Of a DNA stretch of 20,000 nt, positions 1-11,105 are shown in pieces. A model generated the notes under the pieces. That model searched no databases. It worked only from the letters and a program-made list of their open reading frames with translations, and was not told the origin of the DNA. Source of the DNA: Chiloscyllium plagiosum (lineage: Eukaryota); assembly GCF_004010195.1 (NCBI RefSeq), contig NC_057718.1, forward strand, positions 72,587,239-72,607,238, written 5' to 3'. The position numbers and the translations under genes were made by a program. Each line of letters opens with the position of its first letter. Position 1 is the first letter of the stretch.

Positions 1-299
1 TAACAATGGAAGATACCAAATGGATTAGACAATGACAATACTGATACAGCAAATTCTGAATGAAGTTCAGCTAATTAACAATAAGGCTAATACTCATATC
101 AAACAGGCTTTAGAAGATAAATTACAGGAAAACTTGTGTAAGCAGGATTTGAGAGACATGGTCCTGCTAGCCCAATCAATTGGTACTTGAATTATATTAA
201 CAGTCACTTTATAAAGACATGATACATGAGGATCCTGCTCAATTACCACTTTCAAGCTTTAAAGCCAACACAAGTTTGATAAAAAAAAGGAAGCATATG

Positions 300-2157
300 T
301 CAGGTATGACATACTAAAAGTACTTCAAAAGTATAGGGAGTGTTACTTAAAGAAATTAGGAGGGCAAAGATGAGCCATTGAATATCTTTGGCAGGTAGGA
401 TTGAGGAAAGCTCTAAGGACGTTCCATGTACTGTATATTAAGAATAAGAGGATCACTGGGAAAGGTACGGCCTATAGAGACCTAAGGGGCAAACTGTGTG
501 TGAAGCCAAAGGATGTGGATCTCTCATCTATATTCACAGAAAAGACAGACATTGTAGCCGGGATTTCCAATTGAATGATGAGGTTCTAGAACGTGTTAAG
601 ATTAGTATAAGATGTTTTAGTGGGAATAAAGGTGCAATAATCCCCAGGGTGTGATGAGATGTATCCTGGGACGCTATCGGAGGCAAGGGAGGAGTCTGCT
701 GGGGCCATGGAGGAGATATTTAACAATTTACTGGCCACAAATAAAGTGCTGGATAACTGAAGGATACTTAACATGGTTCCTTAAGTTCAAAATAGGCAGC
801 AAGGATAGGCAAGGTAATTACAGACTAGTTAGTCTGGCATCAATGGTAGGCAGATTATTAGAAAAAATTCTGACAGACAGGATTAACTATTACTTGGAAA
901 GTCAGGGACTGATTAGGGATAGTGAGCATAGATTTGCAAGAGGGAGATCCTGTCTGTCTAATTTAATTAAATGTTTTGAGAAGGTGATTAAATATATTGA
1001 TGAGAGCTGTGCACTTATTAGGTTTACATGGACTTCAGTAAGGTTTTTGATATGATCCCACATGGAAGGCTGTTCCAAAGTTAACAGCCCATAAGATCCA
1101 AGGCAAGTTGGCAAACTGGATCCAAAATTGGCTTGCAAGTAGGAGGAATAGGGTGATAGTGAAGAGATATTTTTGTGATTCGAAGCCTGTGGGCAATGGT
1201 ATATGACAGGGATTGGTGCTGGGACCCTTGCTGTTTGTTATGTACATTAATGATTGGGATGTAAACATAGAAGGTATAATGAGTAAGTTTGCTTTTGAAA
1301 CAAAAATTGGCGGTGTTGTTGATAGTGAGGAGGATGGTCTCAGCCTACAGTCTGATATTGTTCAGCTGATAAATTGAATAGAGTAATCCTGGTATTGCAA
1401 GGTGATGCACCTTGGGAGGTCTAATAAGGGAAGGATATACAAAATAAATGGTAGGTTCCACTAGCTTCAAGAGTTCTTGATGTATGAATCTCTAATGGCT
1501 TCAGCACAGGTAGACCTGGTGGTGAAGGCAGCATTTCGGGGCCTTTATTACCCCGGAGCAAGGAAGACTTGTTACAACTTTGATAAACATTGGTTAGGTT
1601 TTAGATGGAACACCATGTACAGTTCTGATTGCCACACTATCGGAAGTACATGAATGTGCTGGAGAAGGGGCAGACGAGATACACTAAGATGTTGACTGAG
1701 ATGAAAAATCTCAGTTATGAGGAGGCTGGGCTTGTCTTTCTTGGAGCAGCAGAGGTTGAGGGTAGATCTGATTGAGATATACAAAATTATGAGAGACATA
1801 GATAGAATAGGTTGAGAGAATCTCTGGAAGACGACCAGAGGGCATACGTTTAAGGTGAGGAGCAAGTGGTTCCAGGGAAACTTGAGAAAAACCTCTTTAA
1901 TCCAGGGGGTTATAAAATTTGAGCATACTGATTGAGAGACTGGTGGAGGTGGATACTGTCACAACATTTAAGAAGCTTCTGGATAACCATTTAAAATACA
2001 AGGGCTTAGCAAGCTATGAACCAAGTGAGATAAATGGGATGAGTGTAGTTAGGTGTCTGTTGGTCAGCATTGACATGGGGTGGGGTGGAGCAGGGGGAGG
2101 AGAAGGAAAAACAGCTGAAGAGCCTGTTTCTATGCTGTAGGACTCTATACCTCTAAG
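300..2157 (+). mobile_element. Decayed 5'-truncated CR1-clade LINE (HER1-like), ORF2 reverse transcriptase region plus 3' tail
   Basis: Frameshifted RT motifs: GNYRLVSLASMVGRLLEKIL, QGLIRDSEHRFARGRSCLSNL, QGLVLGPLLFVMYIND. Ends in a shark CR1-type tail GAAGAGCCTGTTTCTATGCTGTAGGACTCTATACCTCT. Left boundary approximate. Confidence 0.93.
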
Positions 2158-2276
2158 TGTCTGCCTTTGAGAAAGAGTCAAAAGCAGGACAATGGCATAA
2201 AGTGATAATGGACTTCCTGCTAGAACAAAGTCTCATTCCACTGTAAACATTACTCTACAAAAGAGAGGAGTCTTAC

Positions 2277-2402
2277 TTTGTTTCTGATGGTGCTTGCATT
2301 CTCTTTCCTCTCATTCCAAACATAAGCAATAGCTGCCATGAAGTGTACACCATGATTCATTGAGATGGGTCCTAAGAGCTCTAAAATCTGTTGCCGGAGG
2401 CT
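2277..2402 (-). CDS. DOP1A: DOP1A (DOPEY1) internal coding exon, 126 nt, phase 0/0
   Basis: Minus strand: acceptor tctcttgttcctttctgaccag, exon SLRQQILELLGPISMNHGVHFMAAIAYVWNERKENASTIRNK, donor AAA|gtaaga. Near-identical to the human DOP1A segment as I recall it (NLRQQILELLGPISMNHGVHFMAAIAFVWNERRQNK) and unlike DOP1B. Absent from the ORF track. Confidence 0.95.
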
Positions 2403-2749
2403 CTGGTCAGAAAGGAACAAGAGACACACTGAATTAACTCAAAAATTAATTTATGGACAAGAAAACAAATCACAGTACTACATCTGAAACCACTGGATAA
2501 TCTTAAATTCATGAACTGGCATTATGAAATGGGAAAAAAAAATCAGATATTATTTTCATTATCATCACAGTTATTTTAGTTCCGTAAATCTTATAAGATT
2601 AAAGGCAATTCAAACACACAAGATAGGTGCCAAAGTACAAGTTAGTTAAGACTAATTAAAAGCCAAAGTTGTGACATGTAATCATTGCCCAGACTTTGTG
2701 ACAAAACAGTTGAGAGGCTAACACTACTCACCATTATTCGAGAGCAAAT

Positions 2750-2845
2750 CTACAGCAACATCCAGCAACTGGAAATGTGCCATTGGTGATGGGTATCAAT
2801 TGTAGTTTTGTCAATGATGCCAACATCCCATAAAATAATTAAAAT
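2750..2845 (+). mobile_element. Highly decayed LINE 3'-tail fragment
   Basis: GCCATTGGTGATGGGTATCAATTG...ATGATGCCAACATCCCATAAAATAATTAAAA resembles a common shark LINE 3' end as I recall it (GGCAATTAGGGATGGGCAATAAATG...GACGCCCACATCCCATGAATGAATAAAA). Confidence 0.4.
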
Positions 2846-2974
2846 GTCTTAAGAATTGAAAGTGTGCAATAATATAAATTTCAGGTACTTACCCACATGA
2901 TACCTGTGAAATTCAGAAAAAAATTAAGGCTTGTATCTTACGTAATGTATCTTATTTAAATGCATTTTTAACAG

Positions 2975-4692
2975 TGGCAGATAAGTAAGGTTGAGGAGAA
3001 TCCAAAGGGATTCTACAAATATATTAGGGGCAAAAGAGTAACTAGGGAGAGAATAGGGTCCTTAAAGATTAACAAGTCCATTTATGTGGGACCACAGGTA
3101 GACCCTAAATTAATATTTCAGTATTTACTTGGAGAAAGACATGGAAGCAATGGAATGCAGGGAAGTAAATCCACATTACTGAAATCCACATGCTGGAAGT
3201 CTTAAACGCATAAAGGTAGTTAAATCCCCAGGAGCTGATCAAGAGAATACCCGAACATCGTGGGAAGCCAGGGAAGAAATTGCAAGGTTCCTAACAGATA
3301 TAGTTGATACCCACCGGTGAGGTACCAGATGACTGGAGAGTGGTTAATGTTTCATCATTAGTTAGAAAAGCTATTAGGAAAAGCCAGGGAACTACAGACC
3401 CATGAGACTGAAGTCAGTGGTGGGTAAGTTGTTGGAGGAGATTCTGAGAAACGGGATCTATATGCAATTGGAAAGGCTGGTTAGGGATAGTCAGCATGGC
3501 TTTGTTCATGGGAAATTGTGTTTCACAAACTTCACTGACATTGCCAACAAGGGCTTTAACAAGTCCTTGACAAAGTTCAGTGTGGTAGACTGGTTACATC
3601 ACATGGGATCCAGGGAGAGCCAGCCAATTGGATACAAAATTGGCTTGACAGTAGAACACAGAAGATGGTGGTAGAGAGTTGTTATTCCAACTAGAGGCCT
3701 GTGACCAGCGATGTGCCACAAGGATTGATACTAGGTCCACTGCTGTTCATCATTTATATAAACAATTTAGATGACACCAAAATGTGTGGTATAGTGGACT
3801 TTGAATCAGGTTATCCAAGAGATCAACGGGATCTTGATCAACTGGGGCAGTGGGCCAAGGAATGGCAGATGGAATTTAATTCAAACGAATGCAAGGTGTT
3901 ACATTTTGATAAAACAAACTAGGGTAGGACTTAGACAATTAATAGCAGAGCACTAGGGAGTGTTGTTGAACAGAGGGGTGCAGGAGTGCCTTGAAATTAG
4001 CATCATAGTGTGGCAAAGGCGGCATCTGGCACGCTTACCTTCATTGATTAGAGCACTTTGTATGGAAGTTAGGACATCATGTTATGGTTGTATAAGACAT
4101 TGGTAAAACCACATTTGGAATACTGCATACAATTCTAGCTGCCCTGCTGTAGGAAGAATGTTATTAAACTCGAGTGTGTGCAAAAAAAAAGATTTTTTAC
4201 CAAGTCTGGAGGGTTTGAGTTATAAGGAGAATCTGAATAGGTTTTTATGGGTCTATTTGTATTTGTACCATAACTCTGCACACAGATTAACAGTTCAAAA
4301 AAGATTCATGGGTTTAAACAGGCATACCATCTGGAGGGGCTGGGGCTTTTATCCCTAGAGTGTAGGAGGCTGAGGGGCGACTTTATAGAGGTTTATAAAC
4401 TGAAAGGCATAGGTAAGGTGAATAGTCAAGTGAAGGGAAGTCCAAAACTGGATGGCATAGATTTAAGGAGAGAGGGGAAAGATTTAAAAGGGACTTGAGG
4501 GTTAATTTCTCATACAGGTGGTGCTCTAATGGAAAGGGCTGCCAGAGCTGAGTATAATTACAACATTTAAAAGACATTTGGACAGGTACATGACAGATTT
4601 ATGGGCCAAATGCAGACAAATGGGACTTTCTCAGTTTAGGAAACCTGGTCATCAGTTGAGCCGAAGGGTCTGTTTCCATGCTCTATGACTCA
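2975..4692 (+). mobile_element. Decayed 5'-truncated CR1-clade LINE, ORF2 RT region plus 3' tail
   Basis: Motifs VPDDWRVVNV, PGNYRPMRLKSVVGKLLEEIL, VPQGLILGPLLFIIYINNLDDTK, WQMEFNSNECKVLHF and LVKPHLEYCIQF. Tail CCGAAGGGTCTGTTTCCATGCTCTATGACTC. Confidence 0.94.
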
Positions 4693-5779
4693 GTGTAATT
4701 GATAATTGTGGCCAAATATCCTTTTTTGTCACTGTAACTTAGTACAGAGTCTCATTCTTCAAACATTTTTGAAAATACTTTAAAGATAGATTTTTATCTC
4801 ACATTTTCTTTTGTTTCTAAATTTCATCTTTTTTCCCACTCCTACTTTTAATTTCATTGAATCATTTAATTAGCTTGCACTGATTACTCATACTTTTACT
4901 CTTCCTTATACAGACTCTCGAGACAGAATTTTCCGAGCTCCTGAGAAACATGGCAATGGCAATTCACTTAGGAAAACATGGCAGCATATTACATAACAAT
5001 GCGCTGCCAGGTCACATTTTGTGTAGGGACAGGCTCCAGAACAGGATGCATTCTGATCTCTTATCTTGCTGTCTCAAGAGATATTATAGTGGATGAATTT
5101 TGGAGGGATGGGAGAGTGGGGTGATCAGGTTTGGATAGGGGAGGCCTGGTTTCAGTAATCCTACCACGCTTACAATCTCCTATTGTACTGGTGTGACACA
5201 CTAGAGCTTATTCCAAAAGTGTGCAGCACGACTATGTCAACAGTTCATGTGCAGACATCCCATTGGCTTTCTTGTTGAAATCCTCCATGTCCCACTGTAT
5301 TGGTAATTCTGTTAAACTGGTCATTGCATGTGATGTAACACATTACTAAGGAGCTGTTCTGTTTCTGATATTCCCCACGTAGGAACCATAACCAATGCGT
5401 CCAGCCACAGCAGTTGCTATTATCTCTGTGGCTGCTGCAAAACAAAGGTGCAAAGAAATTGAGGAGTGGCAATTCACCACCGAACCCAGGACCAGTAGCT
5501 GCTGAACAACCTCCACATAAAGTCGTCACAGCACAGTATGCTTCTGGCTGTGGAGGAGGTAGAGTAGACACAGAATGCCCTCGATGCAATTTTGTTAGAT
5601 GTGTAAGGTACAGTGCTGCCTTCAAATGAGATGGCTCAGCACAATTTCATAGCAAAGTGTCATCTAGAGCACAGCTTGTAATCTGAAAGAGTAGGTGACC
5701 ATCCTATCACAATGGCAGGTTAGGTGACACCTGTGCTAAAACTTTATGCCACTGACTACTTCTGTTCTGGTCACAGGTC

Positions 5780-6530
5780 ATGAAGCTTTTCCATCTCTCC
5801 ATACATGTTGCTACATCTGCATGAAATGCACCAGAAATTCCAGCAATTTGTGTATCTGCTGGCTGCTTCCAAGGATCCACTGGGAACTCTGAGATCTCTC
5901 AATCCTCAACTCATGAATGTATCAGAGCTATTACCAATATTTTTTCTGTAAGTTCACACTGCTTCACTTTGTTTCCCTGTGACAGAGTCAGCACTGCAGC
6001 CCAGCTTTACATAGAACAGTACAGCACAGTACGGGCCACAACGATGTTGTGGTGACTATCAACATAACTGGCTTCCCTAAGTGCATGGGGCTACAAATTG
6101 TACTTTGGCATGTAGAGAGCATCATATCATAATGCAGTTGACTTCACCAAAAGCAAAGGATACCATTTGGTCGATGTACAAGACATCTTGATCATCAGTA
6201 TCAAATCTTAAAGGTCTGTGTCTGGTATCCTGGACACTGCCATGATGCCTGCATCCTTGACGACTGATGGATTCCTGTTTCATTTCAATAAATGGATGCC
6301 AAACAAAGATGGCTACTGGGAGACAAGGGCTACCCCCTCTCCAATACTGATGAATCCACTACGCAAACACCTGACTGAGGCCAAGTATAAGTAAAACTCA
6401 GCACATTCTTCCATGGGTCATTGAGGAGCAGATGGCAGCCCTCCTCAAAATAAGATTCTCTGATGTCTGGATTGATCTGGGAGGTTTAGTCGTATTGCAT
6501 AATCCTTGCATGCTGTGAAGCAGGCAAAGG
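5780..6530 (+). mobile_element. PIF/Harbinger (HARBI1-like) DDE transposase remnant, pseudogenised
   Basis: Manual translation across frameshifts gives, in Harbinger transposase order: GCFQGSTGNSEISQSSTHECIRAITNIF, ITGFPKCMG, FTKSKGYHLVDVQ, YPGHCHDACIL (6226-6258), WLLGDKGYPL (6310-6339), LMNPLRKHLTEAKYK*NSAHS, LLKIRF. The element may extend from ~4920 to ~7150, but its ends are not confirmed. Confidence 0.85.
6009..6056 (-). mobile_element. Very short CR1 3'-tail insertion inside the Harbinger remnant
   Basis: ACATAGAACAGTACAGCACAGTACGGGCC...ACGATGTTGTG is the reverse complement of a shark CR1 tail. It interrupts the transposase just before the GFP motif. Confidence 0.65.
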
Positions 6531-7799
6531 CATGTTATGTTGTACACTGAGGAGCTAGGTAAGTAGCAGCAGTCTTCTGAAAAAGATAAACAAAAGGAAC
6601 ATCACTCTCCCCATGATTGAGTGAGTAGCATTGGGTACAACGAGCCATACAGGACTTAATGTTCACCCATTAGGTCAGAGTTGGTTAAAGTCATCATTCG
6701 TGACTGTAAATTTGTTACTTGAAAGGCAGGCAAACAAGCCCGTTTAGTCCCAGATGCAAATGCAACATTTCTTTCTGTTCTTCTCCCTCCTTGTTGTTCA
6801 ATAAAAGTTAATATCAACAACATGTGAAGGTTTTACAACATGTGATGTTACCACAATCAACAATAAAATGTTATGCTACAATGGTTAAGGAAAGAGTAGT
6901 GGCTCTATGGATGGACAGTTTCTGATACTATACTTACCTGTACTACATATGTGCTCTCAGAAGCTTTTTTTTCATTTCGCCCCATTGCAAAAGGCTATCC
7001 CTGTCTGTGCTTTAAATCTGACACCTCACAGCTCAAGTAAACACTCTGCCGCTAGTGAGCACAAGACAGATGCACATAATGAATGTGGTGAGCAGTGAAG
7101 AACTGTATGAGACAAAATGCTATAAATTGACACTTAACAAATTTTTCAGCCCTGAGATATCTCAATGCAAATCGTTCAGATTGGTAAGGAAGTACACAAT
7201 CACCTACTAGACTTTCACGGGGTTCATATTTCTTGTACAAGCAGCATCATTATTTTGGATTTTGAATTGCTACAAGTTCTAATGCAAAGGCACAAAAGTA
7301 TGTGTGCAAGTGTCCAACAGATGTGATTCAGCTGATAGACAACATGTGCTGCATAATCTCAAGTGTGAGGAATTACACAAACAAACAATTGTCAGTTGTG
7401 CTCACAGTGTGTGTACTGGAAGCTGATATTGATACGCAGGGTCCTGTTGGCTGCAGATAGAAATATCACATACACATTGTGCCTATTTCAATTCAATAGA
7501 TGCCCATTTGCTGATTCACTGGTAAGGTTATTTCCCTGACAAATCACAGTCAACCTTCCTGGTTTAAAATTTAAACAAAACTCAATTGGCTTTAATGGGT
7601 GCATTTTCCATGACATTGTTTCCATTAGACGCCACTCGCCAAATAATCAGCACTGTCCACCCATCAAATATAAATGTTGGTTTTTCCCTTGAACTGGTGA
7701 GTACAAAATGTGCCTTTTTTCAGCAATATTAAAGTGTGAAACTAAACCGCACTTTTCTATAAACAGTTCAGTGCAGAGCCATTTTAGTACATAAATATA

Positions 7800-8157
7800 A
7801 TAGAATAAAATCATGGAATCATAGAATCTCTACAATGTGGAAGCAGGCCATTCAGCCCTTTGGGTCAACACTGACCTTCCAAACAGCATCCCAACCAGAT
7901 CCACCCCCCTAACTATCATTGTAACTCTGCATTTCCCATGGTTAATCTGCTTAGCCTGCACATTCCTGGATACAGAGTAATTTGGCAAGGCCATCCACCT
8001 AACCTGCATGACCTTGGGAGGAAACTGGAGTAGCTAGAGGAACCCAACACAGATACAGGAAGAATGTGCAAACTCCATGCAGTCACCTGAGGCTGGAATT
8101 GAACTGGGTCCCTGACAGTGTGAGACAGCAATGCTAACCAATAAGCCACCATGTTGC
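7800..8157 (-). mobile_element. HE1-type tRNA-derived V-SINE
   Basis: The reverse complement reads GCAACATGGTGGCTTATTGGTTAGCATTGCTGTCTCACAC...GGAGTTTGCACATTCTTCC..., followed by a CR1-derived tail with (TCTATGAT)-like repeats. Homologous to the copies at 15483 and 18623. Confidence 0.9.
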
Positions 8158-8245
8158 ACATACATCAAAAACAAAAAAAAATTGCCTGCTTTTGATTATC
8201 TCTTTTCATAATAGCTATATATTCAAATCTCAGCAGTTCACCTAC

Positions 8246-8419
8246 CTTTGTGGAACCCAGGTTGATAGTTACAGCAGAGGCAGCAATGGTTTTCTCAGTT
8301 GAGTCCACAACCTGTAAAATCCCCCACAGCAGGCTCACAGAAGATACAATGGTTGACAATATAAAAAGAATTCCATTTCGTGCTTCCGACAAATACTTCT
8401 GATCCACAGAAACCATGAG
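8246..8419 (-). CDS. DOP1A: DOP1A (DOPEY1) internal coding exon, 174 nt, phase 0/0
   Basis: Acceptor ttttcagtctttcctatttcag, exon LMVSVDQKYLSEARNGILFILSTIVSSVSLLWGILQVVDSTEKTIAASAVTINLGSTK, donor AAG|gtaggt. Matches recalled human DOP1A LLVSVDQKHLFEARSGILSILHMIMSSVTLLWSIL...TINLGATK. Splices in frame to exon 2402-2277 across a 5843-nt intron. Confidence 0.95.
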
Positions 8420-9024
8420 CTGAAATAGGAAAGACTGAAAATTATCAATTCAATAAATTAAAGATGGGTGTGCACATGTGCCAGTATAAATTCTTATGAT
8501 CAATTATTGAAAAATTATTTTGATCAATTTTAGTTTGCAGTTATGAACTTGGAACTGAGAGTTAATGATGAATTTTTGACTGTTGGTAATAGCTCGAGTT
8601 AAAAGGAAAACAGTCTAAACAAGCTTCTGCTTATTTAAGAGACCGGGCCTGTAAGTTAATTGCAGATTGTTTCATGATTAAAAAGGTTCTGCAGATGTTT
8701 AACCACCTGTGTAAACAGAAAGCAGAAGTTGGCTATTAATGAGGTCAGCACCTGGAAAATGGCTCCTGGAATATACCTTATGCTCAAGCAGATAATAGTT
8801 ATTAAATAGTAACTAGGACCTTTTCAAGAATACAGTCAGCCTGACAGGGAGTGATCAAAGTTTGGAGTGCGTTTGGACTGTGGATTTTGTGAAAAAGAGT
8901 CTAGTTGTTGGCACTCTAGCATACAGACTTGAAGGATCCTTGCCCAAGCTCCTATGGAAGCTCAGAGAATAGAAAACTAAGTTATAAGTATTACTGAGTG
9001 AACTGAAAAAGTTACCCCAATCAA

Positions 9025-9041
9025 CATCCTCAGAAAATCAA
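9025..9041 (+). repeat. Target-site duplication, left copy (CATCCTCAGAAAATCAA)
   Basis: Identical 17-mer at 10869-10885. The two copies bracket the Penelope inverted pair exactly. Confidence 0.92.
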
Positions 9042-9927
9042 GTTGAAGAATGTGGTGCTGAAAAAGCACAGCCAGTCAGGCAACATTTGAGGAGCAGAAG
9101 AATCGACATATAGGGCGGTAGCTGGGAATGCTATAGGTAGATGAAAGTGATAGGTCGGAGAGGAGGCTGGAGCAGATAGGTGAGAAGGAAGATGGACAGG
9201 TAGGACAGGTCAAGAGGGCGGTGACGAATTGAGAGGTTGGGGAAATGAGGAAACTGGTGAAATCCACATTAATCCCATTTGGTTGGAGGGTCCCAAGTCG
9301 GAAGATGAAGTGTTCTTCTTCCAGGTGTCAAGTGTTTAGGGTTTGGCGATGGAGGCGGCCCACGAGCTGCATGTCCTTGGTGGAGTGGGAGGGGGAGTTA
9401 AAGCGTTCAGCTACAGGGCGATGGGGTTGGTTGGTGCAAGTGTCCCAGAGATGTTCTCTGAAATAATCCGCAAGTTGGCCTCCTGTCTCGCCAACGTAGA
9501 GGAGATCACATCGGGTGCAATGGATGACGTGTATGGAAGTACAGGTAAATTCCTGTCCTATGTGGAAGGATCCTTTGGGGCCTTGGACGGAAATGTGGGG
9601 GAGGTGTGGGAGTAAGTTTTGCACTTCCTCCAATAGTAGTGGAAGGTGGGTTGGTGAGTGGGGCCATGAAGGGAGTCGTGAAGGGAATGATCTCCCTGAA
9701 ATGCAGGCAGGAGTGGGAAGGGAAATATATCCCTGGTGTTGGGATCTGTATGTAGTTGGCTAAAATGGTGGAGGATGATGTGGTGCATCCAGAGGTTGGT
9801 GGAATGAAAGGTGAGGACCAGGAGAGTTCTGTCCTTGTTGTGGTTGGAGGGGTAGGGCTCAAGGGCAGAGGTGCAGGAAGTGGAGGAGATGCGCTGGAGA
9901 GCATCATCAACCACAAGAGAGGGGATG
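9042..9927 (-). mobile_element. Penelope-like element 3' fragment (GIY-YIG endonuclease region plus pseudo-LTR), left arm
   Basis: Minus translation SFHIGQEFTCTSIHVIHCTRCDLLYVGETGGQLADYFREHL...PVAERFNSPSHS is a PLE GIY-YIG domain, and a later frame gives EEEHFIFRLGTLQPNGINVDF. Confidence 0.9.
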
Positions 9928-10868
9928 TTCTCTACCCCCAACCTCTGGACACAACACATCATCCTCCGCCATTTCTGCCACCTACAAACAGACCCGACCA
10001 CCAGAGATATATTTTCCTCCGCATCCCTATCTGCTTTTCAGAGAGACCACTCCCTCCATAACTCTCTGGTCAGGTCCACGCCCCCCCCCCCCCCCCCCAC
10101 CGCCATCAACACACCCTCTTCTCTTATTGCAGGAAGTGCAAAACCTACTGCCACACCTCCCCCTTTACCTTTGTCCAAGACCCCAGAGGATCCATTCAAA
10201 TCTGACAGAAATTTACCTGTACTTCCACACATGTCATCTACTGCATCCGTTGGACCTGATGTAGCCTACTCTACATTGGGGAGACAGACGCCAACTTGCG
10301 GATCGTTTCAGAGAACATCTCTGGGATACCCGCATCAACTAACCTCACTGCCCCAACACTTTAACTCCCCCACCCACTCCACCAAGGACATGCAGCTCCT
10401 GGGCCTCCTCCATCATCAAACCCTACCACCCAAAGTCTGGTGCAACAACTCATCTTCTATCTTGGGACCCTCCAACCACATGGGATCAATATGGATTTCA
10501 GCAGTTTCCCCATTCCCACCACCTTATCCCAGTCCCAACCTCCCAACTTGTCACCACCCTCTTGAACTGTCCTACTTGCCCATCTTCCTTCCTACCTATC
10601 TGTTCCAGCCTCCTCTCTGACCTATCACTTTCACCCCCACCTTAATCTACCTATCGCATTCCCAGATACCGTTCGCCTCCCCCCTCCGCCTCACCCCACT
10701 CCCATTTATCTCTCAGCCCCTTTGGCCCTCAAACCTCATTCCTGATGAAGGGCTCCTGCCCAAAATGTTAATTTTCCTGCTCCTCGAATGCTGCCTGACC
10801 TGCTGTGCTTTTCCAGCACCACTCTAATCTTCACTCTGATCTCCAGCATCTGCAGTCCTCATTTTCTC
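9928..10868 (+). mobile_element. Penelope-like element 3' fragment (GIY-YIG region plus pseudo-LTR), right arm
   Basis: FTCTSTHVIYCIRWT*CSLLYIGET...LADRFREHL. The pLTR carries a decayed hammerhead-like motif CTGATGA-AGGGCTCCTGCCC-aAAA at 10742-10765. It is the inverted homologue of the left arm. Confidence 0.9.
10081..10098 (+). repeat. Poly-C homopolymer (18 nt) within the Penelope arm
   Basis: Direct read. Confidence 0.95.
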
Positions 10869-10885
10869 CATCCTCAGAAAATCAA
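10869..10885 (+). repeat. Target-site duplication, right copy (CATCCTCAGAAAATCAA)
   Basis: Identical to 9025-9041. Confidence 0.92.
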
Positions 10886-11105
10886 CCAAGAAACCATCAT
10901 TTATGCCTGCATAATATATCACGAAAACTACTTAAGTAATTTGGTATCTGGAATTGATTATTCACAGAGTCTGATAGTGGTTATTCAAAAGTCTGGTTAC
11001 AAACCACTGGGGTCAATTTTTAATGGTTTTAGTTTTTACTGTGTTGTGAATAGAGATAAAAAGGCTGATTTGGTTCACCTGTCTGCCTTTGTGTCATAAC
11101 ATAGT

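Larger units (their letters stand above)
8539..11101 (+). mobile_element. Putative 5' LTR (~720 bp net) of the Gmr1-like Gypsy element, split by the Penelope insertion at 9042-10868
   Basis: Ends form an imperfect inverted repeat, (a)GTTATGA at 8539 and TCATAACA ending at 11101. A PBS-like sequence and a gag-like start follow directly. No second LTR in the window confirms it. Confidence 0.55.

Noticed and set aside
5245..5629. Overlapping 126-aa and 71-aa ORFs
   Set aside because: No recognisable domain. DOP1A exons join in frame without them. Probably decayed Harbinger flank.
5780..6530. Domesticated HARBI1 gene
   Set aside because: Multiple frameshifts, a stop codon and a LINE-tail insertion.
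7500..7740. Possible old pseudo-LTR-like repeat remnant
   Set aside because: Only a vague resemblance to a remembered shark repeat, too decayed to support a call.
8165..8416. 83-aa ORF as a standalone small membrane protein
   Set aside because: It is the DOP1A exon read through its donor at 8246 into intron.
9871..10620. Longest ORF (249 aa, Pro/Ser/Thr-rich) as a novel gene
   Set aside because: It crosses the junction of the Penelope inverted pair and drifts out of the true GIY-YIG frame at the poly-C run and other indels. It is TE debris.
10742..10770. Active hammerhead ribozyme in the right Penelope arm
   Set aside because: The conserved GAAA is mutated to AAAA and the cleavage region is altered, so it is probably inactive.
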